Assembly (NCBI GenBank): GCA_030141605.1
Contig: JAQGDQ010001020.1
Coordinates: forward strand, 5,880-69,879
Source of the DNA: Tubiluchus corallicola
Lineage: Eukaryota; Animalia; Priapulida
Direction: 5' to 3'
Length of the DNA: 64,000 nucleotides
This document shows, in pieces, positions 1 through 12,201 of this stretch (its first letter is position 1; each line of letters starts with the position of its first letter). The notes below the pieces were generated by a model, which saw only the letters and a program-made list of their open reading frames with translations, ran no database searches and had not been told where the DNA came from. The translations under genes and the position numbers were made by a program.

Positions 1-461
1 TCGTTGTCATCATCATCATCCGTGTCGTCGTCGTCATCATCACAGCCACCATTTTGTTGCTGCTACTGTTGTGGGGCGTGCCTCTCTAAAGCTGCCAATG
101 TGTGGAACAGCAGGCCGCATTGGCCGCACAAAAAAGGCCCTGCATCATCATCATCATCATCATCGCCGCCGCCATCTCGGCCACCATTTTAATGCTGCCG
201 TTGTTGTTGTTGTTGTTGCTGCTGCTGCCGCTGTCGTCTCGCTCGATGTCTCTGTAGTAGATGAGAGCGTAGACCGAATTGCGTCATGACTGTATGACCA
301 CACACGTGGCAAAGAAAGTTTCTTTCGTGGCCATAATGATCAATTGTGACGTGCCTCAGCATAGCTCTCATACTATGACAGACCCGCCCGCATATATCGC
401 AGGTGATAATGCGTAATCTTCTCACTGCCACCTGGCACCCGAAAATGCGTTCTGGGTCCAT
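1..461 (-). pseudogene. C2H2 zinc-finger protein with polyQ/polyD linkers; open part 189-461, frame continues through two in-frame stops to the window edge
   Basis: ATG at 461 gives CDICGRVCHSMRAMLRHVTIDH and CHVCGHTVMTQFGLRSHLLQRH (two C2H2 fingers) then polyQ. Past TAA 189-191 the same frame reads NGGRDGGGDDDDDDDAGPFLCGQCGLLFHTLAALERHAPQQ*QQQNGGCDDDD. Minus-strand acceptor-like ttattttcttacag at about 515-528. Confidence 0.7.
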
Positions 462-1120
462 GATGATGATTAAGGCGATATAGCGGTGTTTGTCAATTCT
501 TATAAAGCCATATTCTGTAAGAAAATAATTAACGCTATTCAAACGTTATAGCATGGAATTCGCATGTGCACACGTTATTGCAAAAGAAGAAGAATTTCAC
601 TTACGCGAATTATGATGTCATTAAAGTCTATTGCTTTGCTATTGAAAAAGCAATAAAGTGTCATAAAACACGCTAAAGAATAAAATTACACTTACCCCAA
701 ATTTCGGAGTAATACTGTTTTTCTACAAAGAAATATATTAATGGTGATTATGCAGAAATTAAAATAAGCTTTGCTAATTGTGCTCTTAAAATCGAGAGCG
801 CCACTATTACGATGCGCAAATTAAAATAAGCTTTGCTAATGAGTGCGCAAATCTGCACCCACGCCAAAGTGCTAAAAATCCCTTAATTAACACCATCATC
901 ATCATCATTATCATAATTATCGCATCATCTTGCTGCAGCAGCCGAAAAGTTTTTCCCACAGAATCCATGAAAGAGAACCTTTAAACGCCAATGTATCTCT
1001 TCCGTGCCACTTAGCTAAGCGTGGATTAACCGTCATCAGGCGTGCCGTTGTGGTAACTTTATTCGCGATTTCGGAGATAAGCTCCCCCCCAGGTCATTTT
1101 CTCGAAGGCCAGCGCTGGCC

Positions 1121-1199
1121 ATATAAGAACTAGTTTTGTCTATCAAAATCAGTCACGACTTTGCCGTGTTCAAACGTGTTACAGTTCTCTGGGGTGAGT
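1121..1199 (+). promoter_or_regulatory. Candidate Pol II core promoter (TATA + TCAGT initiator) followed by a splice donor
   Basis: ATATAAG at 1121-1127, TCAGT at 1149-1153 (about 29 nt spacing), GTGAGT donor at 1194. Confidence 0.4.
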
Positions 1200-2175
1200 T
1201 ATATTAATAATCTTAGTATATATGAAAAAAATGCAATTGATTTTAGAACATTGATGATTTGCAGCCAAGAAAAGGAGGACATTGAAGAATTGTGTGTGTG
1301 CGTGCGTGCGTGTGTGTATAAAAATTTTAATGCTTTAGAACAGGATAGAATGATTTTAGAGCATCATTTTTTTCTTCGATAATTTTAGAACATTGCCAAG
1401 AAAGATAGCTCGCAGTCATCGTTCTTCTTGTCTTTCAAAGACGGTGAGTGGGAACCATAATTTAATATTCGCATTATTGGAAGGCTAGTTGCTTTGCTAA
1501 TTCGCGAAATGACGTGTGAAAGTATATTATATTTGCTGTATTCTTCAATAATTTCTTTTTAAACAACTAATCGAAGTAAGTAAGTAAACGCTTTTAGCGA
1601 TGAATTAACAGCAAATTATAATATTCGTCGTATTAATTCATATTCTTTTGACCAATTTGTTAGCATTAGCAGAGAAGATAGACATATTATTATTAGGATA
1701 TCTACGGTATAGTACATCTAAGAACCTATTGAAGATGGTTAATCTCGGATTGGAATAATTGATTGTGAGAAAAACGTCCAATCCGGGTGATGGCTGTAAG
1801 TATTAATGGCGTGCGTGTATAACTTTTAAATGAAAAACTTAAATAGTAATCTCTTAGTATTATTACAAAGAAAGCGTGATTAGGAAAGGTACTTAGTAGA
1901 AAAATATCTCTTAGTATTATTACAAAGAAAGCGTGATTAAGATTTTGATGACCTTGTCAGAAAATTAGAAAGGTACTTAGTAGAAAAAATGGAAATTTTA
2001 TTCTTTATGAAGACTATACTCTACTTGAATAATAATAATAATGACGAAGACTATAGTCTACTTGAATAATAATGCCTCTATACTATAAATGTATCATTGA
2101 TTACAAAAGAATAGGTCGAATGCTACTTGGTTAATATTCTTTAAACGACTCTATTCTTTTTCTTAGATTAACAAA

Positions 2176-4885
2176 ATGTCGTCATCAACGCCAACGACGG
2201 TGACGACAACATCATCAACACCGACAACATCATCAACAAGAACACCCTCGTCATCATCATCATCGACGCCAGTAACCTTCGCGCAACCTTCAAGAAGGGG
2301 AGACATTTGGATGCTATCGTTTAAAAAAATTCTCGACTATAGCAGGTATATATATATAATAAAGAAAACTTTACACAGTGTTTTTTCTCATTGCTAACGA
2401 TGCTAATGTCGCCCTCTTTTGGTCATTGTATAAAATAAATTTCCTTTTACAGAAAGCACTCTTCAGTGGCGAGTCCATCATCATCATCATCGACCACACA
2501 TCCAACCGGTATTGATACAGAAGAAGAATCTATGAACCACGTGGCTCAAATGCGTCCACCAGGGGCGAGATCTTTCGTGCATCACGAAAGGTTAGTAATC
2601 TCTTATATTAATGTTATTAAAGGAATTTACACTGCGCGCATTCGCTTCATGCTATTTTTATCGATGTTATTAAAGGAATTTGTGCGTATGCATATTATTT
2701 ACAACTAAAACATGTCCCTTTTTCTTTTCAGTTGATATGAATTCCACCTGGTAGATGATGCCCATAATGGAACGTTTATTAAAGGAATTTGTGCGTATGC
2801 ATATTATTTACAACTAAAACATGTCCCTTTTTCTTTTCAGTTGATATGAATTCCACCCGGTAGATGATGCCCATAATGGAACGTTACACGTATGGAGGAG
2901 TAGAACCTCGGGTATAGATATAGAATGGATTTTGGATGATATTTCTGTTGCCATTGAAATGTTAGGTCAAGCGCATTTAGACAGCGGTTTTGCCATGCGC
3001 ATACAACTAACCGTAAATGCCACAATTGTCCATCCCCTCGCCTATGAAGAAGTAGAGAGAAAAACAGATTCATATTTCAATAGTGGATTTCACGATTTTT
3101 GGGACGATTGGTATGGGACGCATGGCTAGAGGCATTTTAGTCGAAAATATCGAATCTTATTCGAAAAATGGCTCTGGTTATGTGATAAGTGATTTCCCAT
3201 TTATTGAAATTCAACTGGCGAGGTATGAACATCTCTCTACTGTTAAGCGTCACGGAGGATTTTATAAATTACCCACTGAATTATTAGCCAAAAAAGCGCT
3301 GCTCAATATCTCCTCCGAACATGATGCTCTCTGTTTCAAATATGCCATTTTAGGGTCTTTATATGCTCATTTATTAACAAAGCACGAGAAACGCCTTAGC
3401 GACAATTATGATCAGTTTTCGCACCATTTAAATTGGCAGCATATCGAATTTCCCGCCAAACCGCTTTCTGCCGCCATAGCTTTTCAGAAATTTAATCCGG
3501 AGTATTGTTTAAACATTTTTATGTATTCTAACAGAGATGCTAAAAACAAGCGTTTTAAATGCATTTACAATCCTCCGCGCAGAATAGTAGAAGGCAGAAA
3601 ATTTATTAATCTTTTACTGTATAATCCACTTAAGTCCAGTCAAGCCGATTATACTCATTGTCATTATCTAACCAACACCAATCTCGACCGCCTGCTAAAA
3701 AAACAGGGTGAAACGCGTAATTATTGCGAAAGATGCCTGCGCCCATTTTATAGAAATCGTATTACTCTTGAACAGCATAGACGCGTATGTTACACTATCG
3801 ACGGACGCGTGCAAGAAAAATTACCACCTCCACACACCAAATTAGGCTTTAGCAATATTCGCAAAACCATGTCACCTAGTTACATCGCATATTGTGACTT
3901 CGAAGCCATACTTTTGGCTAATGATGACCCAAATAATCCACTTTTGAAAACTAAGCATGAACCTTTTGCGGCGGGAATATATTTAGTGCCTGAAGAAACC
4001 ATGTTGGCAAATCCCCTCCCCTGCGATTATAAGCAATTCGTTGGCAAAGATTGTACGCGTCAATTAATGCTCTATCTTCATGAATTGGCGCAACGTATAC
4101 ACCGATGGAATTTGGCATACGCTAAACAGCCACTATGCATGAGTGCTCGTGATGGAGAAATTTTTCAAAATGCTACTCATTGCGTCTACTGTAAAACGGT
4201 ATTCACCGAAGCAGAAAAAATACGTGAACACTGCCACTTAAGAGGTGTTTACCGTGGGGTGGCGTGTATTTCATGTAATGCTAAAATGAGAAGTTATGAT
4301 AATTATCTTCATGTCGTTATACATAATTTTAGAAATTACGACTCGCATTTTATATTGCAACATGGCATCATTAAAGATTCTCGCATTAACGTGGTAGCAC
4401 AGACCTCGGAAAAATACCTCACTCTTAGGTGGTCCTTTAAAGCAGAACAAAAAACCCGCGCATCAAAAAAGACCCGATTTGATACAAATAATTTTCATCG
4501 ATTCTTTCCAACATCTCCACTCTAGCCTAGCGACAAACTTAAACGAGCGCAAACACGCAAATCTCATGATGCTTGATTATCATTTGCTTTCGAAATCCAC
4601 AATTGATGGCAAAGGAATTATGTGTTATGAATATATTAATAATTCATCCGTGTTGGAAGAAAAACGTCTCCCCGCCATAGAGGATTTTTATAGCTCTTTG
4701 ACAGGAGAAACTGTATCGGAAACAGATTATGAATTAGCGCAAACTGCATGGCGCGAATTTGGCCGTCGCAATCTGTGAGACTATTATCTTAGATATTTAG
4801 AATTAGATTGTAGATTATTGGCGGACGTGTTTTGCGATTATCGAAGAATGTGCTTGCATCATTTACGGTTAGATCCAATCCACTC
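2176..4885 (+). pseudogene. polB: Protein-primed family B DNA polymerase of Polinton/Maverick/adintovirus type with endonuclease VII-like insert; frameshifted and 3'-truncated
   Basis: GSGY...LP..L..KKALLNI....D..CFKYAIL motif; Zn finger CERCLRPF..L..H...C; ExoI YCDFEA; EndoVII-like CVYC...EHCHLRGVYRGVACISCN; ExoII HNFRNYDSHFI; FIDSF in a shifted frame (4479+). After TGA 4776-4778 it reads DYYLRYLELDCRLLADVFCDYRRMCLHHLRLDPIH (ExoIII region). Frameshifts near 3100-3125 and about 4470; palm motifs absent. Predicted 5' exons 2176-2345, 2453-2590, 2841-onward. Confidence 0.88.
2667..2885 (+). repeat. 109-bp direct tandem duplication spanning a splice acceptor
   Basis: ttattaaaggaatttgtgcgtatgc...cttttcag ttgatatgaattccacc...ggaacgtt occurs twice back to back. 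Confidence 0.9.
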
Positions 4886-6229
4886 AATATACGAAGTATT
4901 TTAAAGTTTGAATAATAAACGGGATGTGTGAGCAAGTTTAAAGAAATTCTGCATCTTTCAAACTATTCAAATTTTATCAAATTCTATTATTTTGTTTTTT
5001 ATTTTGACAATAACTGTAACAAAAATTAAGCAGGTCTTATTATCCTGCTATAACAATTTATTGAAGTTTATTTAGGTGTCTGTAAGTTCTTAAAAGGAAG
5101 AAAAGATTTGGTAGTAATATGGTCGACTTGTGCAAATAGATTGTGCTTAAAAAGTGAAGGGTCTATTAAACTTTGCGCCTATTAAAAATACTCAAGCAAA
5201 CATTATTGGCACTATATTTCCAGTGCTGAAGAATTTGAGGCGGAGTTAAAAAGCTGTCATGGTGATCAACTCCAACACGTCAGTTTATAGGCGTAACTTT
5301 CAGATGCGTGAAGACGAGACAACTGAAGCAAATCATTTGCTTCGCGGTCTTGCTATAAGCGTGAGCAGTGCTCCAGGAAAAAAACAAAACAGTTTTTAGT
5401 GAAGTGTAATACTGATTTTGAGTGCAAAATGTGTGATTTTGTTAAAAGCGAAAATTTTGTTTTCTGTACGAAACAATTTATTCTTCGCACTTAAACACAG
5501 AAGAGAATGTCTAAAATTAGTTTGATCAGTCATGAAGCTGTCCAAAATTTTTGAAAAATATTGTTCAAGAGACTCTAGATGCTTATACTGATCGCAATTT
5601 TTAGAAACAGTTTAAAATTATTGTGTACAAACACGTATTGCACAGAAAAATATATATATGCACAGAAAATGAAGTCAGAAAAAGTGTAGTCAGCTTTCCC
5701 TATATTGTAAGTGAGGTAAAGATATAATTAGTATATGATTTGTATTATTATGCATTATAAATCATAAGTGATTTGCATCCAATCTGATTACGCTGCAGTT
5801 GGAGTAACAAATAAAGTCTTTTACAGCAAATTGGAAGACATAGAGAGGGCAGCTTAGTAACTTATCATGACAGACTTAAAACTATGAAAAATTTAAAATC
5901 GAAAATATTGACTGTAAGAAATTGAACTCTTTGTTAGTACAATGTGACACAATGAACTTGCCTGATGTGGAAAGCATTGTTGCAAAGTTTGGTCGGTTGT
6001 TGTACGAAATGTACATGCATTCTTGAAAGTACCTACAAATCTATAATTCGGTGCTTCTCAACAGGGGTCCATGCGCACTCCCAGGGGTGAATTTGAAGTA
6101 CTCAGGGGGTGAAAATTGGAAAAGGGGGAATTGGGCGTGAATTATAAATTATTGGAATAGGGGGAAATTTGCATGAATTCAGTTTTGAGTTGAAAATTCA
6201 TATCTACATCTGACTGGGAGACAACAAAT

Positions 6230-7090
6230 AATGAATGGCTTGATTAATGTTGCTGTAAGGCTTTGCTTTAGCTTCAATGGACGTTGCAGGAAATAAGAAC
6301 GATTTTGTTATTGTCACAGTAATGCTTTGCTTTAGCTTTAAATGGACTTTGCTGGAAATAAAGGACAATTTTATTGTTGTCACAGTAATGCTTTGCTTTA
6401 GCTTTAAATGGACTTTGCTGGAAATAAAGTACGATTTCATTATTGTCACAGTAATGCTTTGCTTCAGCTTTAAATGGACTTGCTGGAAATAAAGACGATT
6501 TTATTATTGTCACAATAATGATTTGCTTCAGCTTTAAATGGACTTTGCTGGAAATAAAGGACGATTTTATTGTTGTCACAGTAATGCTTTGCTTCAGCTT
6601 TAAATGGACTTTGCTGGAAATAAAGAACGATTTTATTATTGTCACAGTAATGCTTTGTTTCAGCTTTAAATGGACTTTGCTGGAAATAAAGAACGATTTT
6701 ATTATTGTCACAGTAATGCTTTGCTTCAGCTTTAAATGGACTTTGCTGGAAATAAAGGACGATTTTATTGTTGTCACAGTAATGCTTTGCTTCAGCTTTA
6801 AATGGACTTTGCTGGAAATAAAGAACGATATTATTATTGTCACAGTAATGCTTTGTTTCAGCTTTAAATGGACTTTGCTGGAAATAAAGGACGATTTTAT
6901 TGTTGTCACAGTAATGCTTTGCTTCAGCTTTAAATGGACTTTGCTGGAAATAAAGAACGATATTATTATTGTCACAGTAATGCTTTGCTTTAGCTTTAAA
7001 TGGACTTTGCAGGAAATAAAGAACGATTTCATTATTGTCACAGTAATGCCTTGCTTTAGCTTTAAATGGACTTTGCTGGAAATAAAAATG
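6230..7090. repeat. 66-bp minisatellite, about 13 copies
   Basis: Unit gactttgctggaaataaag(a/g)acgattttatt(a/g)ttgtcacagtaatgctttgcttcagctttaaatg; starts at 6541 and 6607. Diverged copies at 8780-8910 and, inverted, at 27285-27490. Confidence 0.95.
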
Positions 7091-7091
7091 G

Positions 7092-8775
7092 CTTTATTAT
7101 ATATATATAATACATATATTCATTCTTTGTTTGTCATTAAAATGGTTCACTCATTACAATAAAATTGATCATTTTATGGAGACAAGGGCAGGGGTAGATG
7201 ACAGTTGAGTCTGTGTAATCAGATGCATAATCTGGAAGTTGAAACCTGTTATGTTGATATTCTTTTATTTAATTTCTTTTTAAACTGGTGGACAGATTCT
7301 ATTTGTTTTATTTTACTGGGTAGTAAGTTCCATGAATGTATGGCTTGTTTTGATATAGAGTTATTTCCAAATTTATTGTTTACTGTAATTTGCTTTAGAT
7401 TGTGTGTTCTATTGTTTAAAGTGGTATCAGGAATGAATGATAAAGGATTGTTTATAAACGGTATGCTCAGTTTATTGATATATTTATAAAGAAATATCAG
7501 TGTTTTGTATTGATGATGCAGAGGCAGCATGTCGTTTAGCAGTTTTGTTAGAGTAGCCATGAACTAATCTAAGTGCTTAGTTTTGCATTGTATTTAGTTT
7601 TATTAAGTTTTCATTTTTAACGTTTTGAAGTAAAGTGCAAAAATACAGATAATGTGGTAATATTAGACTTTCTTAGATGAGAATTTTTGTTTTCTTGGTT
7701 AAATGGCACCTGGCTTGGCGTAAGAATGCTGAGCTTAATGCCATCTTGTTGTGTAATTGATGAAACTGTTCATCCCAAGTGAGTTTATTATCGACACTAA
7801 TGCCTAAAAATTCTACATATTTTGCTTATTCTGTGGAACAGGTACCTACTTTTAGTATTGCATCAATGTCATAATTCTTTAACATATTTATGTATACATA
7901 TTTTTGTGTATAATTAACTAATTATTTTCATAAACATGGTTGCATAATAAAAGTAAATATAAAGAATTAGATGCACTTGCTTATTTGACAATACGGCTGT
8001 TTAGTTTTTTAATGAAAAGAATGCAAAGATGTGAATCACCATCATGTGATGGGACAAATTTCTACCGTGTGACTGGTTGATGTTATTATGATGTTTAACA
8101 TTGTTTAAAATTTAGTGGTATTATTGTCCATAAGTATCATAAATTCTGTCTTATCATCATTCATTTTTAAACCAAAATAATTAAATGCTGCATTTATATT
8201 TGTTATATCTTTTTCTAGATTATTTTTCGATGATTGAAAGTCTGCGTGTGCTGTATAGATAGTTGTATCATCGGCATATTGTGTTAAGTCTGAATTATGT
8301 AAAATTAAATAAATTATATTAACATATAAACAAAAGAGTAAAGGACCTAATATCGTACCTTGTGGGATGCCTCTCTGTGATGTGTCCCATGTTAAAAAAG
8401 TGTGTTTGTTCAGTTTGACTCTTTGTTTTCCATTGTGTAGGTAATTATTAATTAGTTTGAGAGAAGAATAATCGAATTCAAGTTGACATAAGCTGTCCAG
8501 TAGTAAATTGTGATCGAAGCTGTCAAAAGTTTTACTTAGATCTAAAAATGCTGCGGTTATATATTTATTTTTATTTAAGTTGTAACGCCAATTTTCAGTG
8601 GCATCAATTATTGTGTCTATTGTAGAATGCAGTTTTCTAAATCCAAATTGATGATTTGATGGTAACTTATTATTTTCAATGAATGGTTTATTTGGTTGTA
8701 GATAACTATTTCAAATACTTTGGCTAGTACAAGCACTACTGAAATTGGTCTGTAGTTTTTAGTATCGTCATTAGC
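7092..8775 (-). mobile_element. 5'-truncated, degenerate CR1/L2-group LINE (RT and ORF2 C-terminus)
   Basis: Minus strand reads NYRPIS, QFGFRK.HST, FLDLSKTFD, GIPQGTILGPLLF, YADDTT and C-terminal SWNLLPSKIK...FKKKL; AATAAA plus TA tail at about 7092-7110. Confidence 0.88.
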
Positions 8776-9979
8776 AACATATTGTCGCAGTAAGGCTTTG
8801 TTTTAGCTTCAATGGACTTTGCAGGAAATAAAGAATGGCTTGACTATTGCCGCAGTAATGCTTTACTTTAGTTTCAAGTGACTTTGGTAGAAATAAATAA
8901 CAGCCTGATTACTCAGGTTCATTTATACTGGGTGGCTGCACTACCAAGTGATGAACCGCAGAAGTTTACTGCAATGAATGGCTCTTAAATGCCTGTCATA
9001 AGCACAAATTGTTTTTTCTTTGTATTAGATTCTTGTTTGCATAATTTCTGCACATTTGCCAAATAGCTCATTCTGTGACATGAGAGCTTGCTTTCCATTC
9101 GCGAGGTGGTAGGCTCGAGTCTCAGCAAACTAATAAAAAATTGTACCATTCATTTTTCAACCACTCAGAGAAACAGTTAAAATTAGCACACTAGTGCGCC
9201 TAATGTCTCAAAGCCCAAAAGAGCAGAACTTGAGGGAATCACAAAGTTTGTTAAACTCAATACCAAGTTCACATAGCCAATCTTCAGAATATAAGATGGA
9301 AAACGTAACTGTTATCACTTGTTACAAATTATGGTATCCTTTTTAAATGACTACACTTTAAAAAGTCCTGCAGGGGCGTGTTTCTGTATGCACTGTTTAT
9401 TTAAGTGTGTGATTTGTTAATTGTACTTATGTTTACGTTTGTGAAAAAAAGCGTTATTATTATATCATGCTTCAAATGTAAGAGACAGAAACAGACAGTT
9501 TTAATGAGATGCGTGAGATGACGCCTTCTTAGGAAACCAGATAAAGTTCTTTGTTTCTTTACTGTTTTGTTGTTGGGGTCACGCATTGCGTGCTTTATAG
9601 TGTCTGTTTTCCGATTGATAGTTGACATGACACTGATTGTTCCGATATATAATTTTTTAACCTGCAGAAGCTAAATAGCCATAATTTAAAAACAATCAAA
9701 ACGATCAAACTGGAATTTCCACAGAAAAAAGTTAAAATATTGTAACATCATGTAAAGTTTTGCGGGGCATATGCTTCATATTGCAGTCTAAACTTTGGCA
9801 CATTTTTTCTGCGTCACCCTATATAAATATACGTTTAGATCCTATGCAGCTCACACACTTTTGCAACTACACCCCTGTGCAAGCCTCAACTAATGTTTGC
9901 CCAGATTGCCAATATGGCTTTGTAGATTGGATATATATGGATTTGTAGTTGTAGATAATGGTTTCCAACTCATTCATAA

Positions 9980-10530
9980 CCCGAGAAATAGATGATACAT
10001 AACCCAACTGTCATTTCGGGTTTTTCTCCAATGTGCTTTGAAGTCGAAGTGGCAGCAGGGACAATGAAAAGTTTTCAAACTGCCGATACTAGCAGATATG
10101 TCAAGTTAAACAACGTCATCACCACTCACATGAGTGCCATAACGACTTGCGTGTGGGTGAAAATGTTCAGAGTTTTTATTGAATCCCGAAAAATAGATGA
10201 TACATAACCCAACTGTCATAACTCCAATGTGCTTTGAAGTCGAAGTGGCAGCAGGGACAATGGAAAGTTTTCAAACTGCCGATACCAGCAGATATGTCAA
10301 GTTAAACAACGTCATCACCACTCACATGAGTGCCATAACGACTTGCATGTGGGTGAAAATGTTCAGAGTTTTTATTGAATCCCGGAGAAATAGATGATAC
10401 ATAACCCAACTGTCATTTCGGGTTTTTCTCCAATAGATACGTCAAGTTAAACAACGTCATCACCACTCACATGAGTGCCATAACGACTTGCATGTGGGTG
10501 AAAATGTTCAGAGTTTTTATTGAATATTAG
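9980..10530 (+). pseudogene. Pentraxin/LamG-like N-terminal exon (copy A), tandemly triplicated (about 200-bp units, third copy partial)
   Basis: SFQTADTSRYVKLNNVITTHMSAITTCVWVK resembles the pentraxin F...S..YV.L......L...T.C.W.K pattern; acceptor apparently mutated (tttcgg versus tttcag in the paralog). Confidence 0.55.
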
Positions 10531-12201
10531 ATAGTGTTTGGCTGTAACTGTTACTGGTGCCCTTGCTGTGGCTGCCAGTGGTATATATGCTGACACTTTG
10601 CCTAAAACGGGATTCAGTTTTGACTGAAAAGCATGGCACTTTTTCTTGGCTTAGCAGCAGACGCCGTTTTTCTATTACGGCATGCCGTCCATTATTTTTC
10701 GCAATTTGTGCAAATTTAGTAATCTCTCTGGTGGAGGTGTGGCTTATATCTATGATTGTCTATGATGCCATGAGTGATTCATAGTACTTTATAAATGCTC
10801 GGAGCTGTTTTGTTGTACAACTGATTTTATGCAAAGTAGAAAGGTGTATAAAAGGCAGAAGTGGGTTTGCATTTTTCAAAATATGTTACAGAATATGAGG
10901 TGAGAAAGTGAAGTTAAGTTTTTCATATACATACAGTACGTGTATTGTAAAGATTGGCAGTATAAATTGTGATTTGTGTTAAAATACGTATTTTAAATAA
11001 GGAAGATTTGTATCAGCCTTGAGGATATTCTGCTACTGCACACTATACAGCACAGCATCTTTTTTGTTTTTTTAACAGAGGATGTCCTGCTTTCGTACTG
11101 ACTCATCATATTCCTTTAACAGGGACGATTCTGCCATGGGAAGACAGGAGGAATTTCCTTCTACATGCGTGGCTGGATGAGCAGAACTCTGCAGAGTTTG
11201 CACTTTGACTGAAGAGAAAGTAGACAATCTTAGACAAATTAGAGAATCATGGTTGACAAAGAGGAACAAACAGCCTCTCTCGTCTACTGGCATGCAGCTT
11301 GTAGGACTGGAGGAATCTCCATCTGCATGCATGGCCAGAGAACAGGAATTCCAAAAAAATTGCACTCCGACTGAAGAGCAAATTGACAAACTTGTCAGCT
11401 TTATAGTTGACTCTGAGGAACAAGCCTCACTATTCTAACAAATATTTAACGAAGTCAAAAACATTTTAAATGATTTCTCGTTTACGACGATTTACTAAAA
11501 CAGTAGTTAAGATAACAGGGATGAGGAAAAGTGCAGTAAATTATCGTATATCATATATCGTATCATATATTGTACATATTAAACAACAAAATTCGCATTT
11601 GTTTTAGAAAAACTTTGAAAACCTTCATAATGGTGCTTTAATCTTGTTATTTATGTTCAAAGTAACAGTTGCATTTCGGTAAACCCGCATTGGTAAATGC
11701 TCACTTCTTACAAACAGTGGCAAAATTCTTATTAAACAATACACAATTGGGAATTTTAACGGTTTTAACCACTTCACTGTCTGCATGACGAGAATCTTCT
11801 GTCATGAAAATGCTATTCCGACTGGCCAGTATGACGACACCCTACGCTTGAATGTATGCTTGAATGTGCAGTGCTTTTTTTAAAATCACAGTGTAGATTA
11901 TGATGATCATGATGATCATGGTGAAGGCAGTGATGGTGGTGTGCCCTGTGATGCTAGGAACTAGTGTTGATAATGGTGATGAAGGCAATGGTAATGATGT
12001 CATACCTGTTTTTTAACGAAATGAAGCACATAATATCAATTACGATTATCTGTTTAGTACAATGTACTAAGGCAGAAGATAAGGGAACGAGATATGTTTA
12101 AGCTAATTTTTAAAGATGTCTGGCGATGGGCTTAACTTCACAACACCCTTGGTACTGTTTGCCCAAATTAAAAATACTAAGATTTTACTGTGATGTTAGT
12201 T

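Larger units (their letters stand above)
1..4885. mobile_element. Degenerate Polinton/adintovirus-like element remnant (extent uncertain, may continue left of the window)
   Basis: pPolB pseudogene plus adjacent compact zinc-finger gene. No capsid, integrase, ATPase or TIR visible in the window. Confidence 0.6.

Noticed and set aside
1-4885. Stop-codon reassignment or programmed read-through in the Polinton-like genes
   Set aside because: All three stop types occur, along with frameshifts and truncation. Ordinary decay by C-to-T changes is simpler.
6204-7162. Long ORFs on both strands (255 aa, 214 aa)
   Set aside because: By-product of a stop-free 66-bp unit (multiple of 3); no domain, open on both strands.
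9060-9126. tRNA-like sequence
   Set aside because: Only weak A/B-box similarity and no cloverleaf; at most a decayed SINE head.
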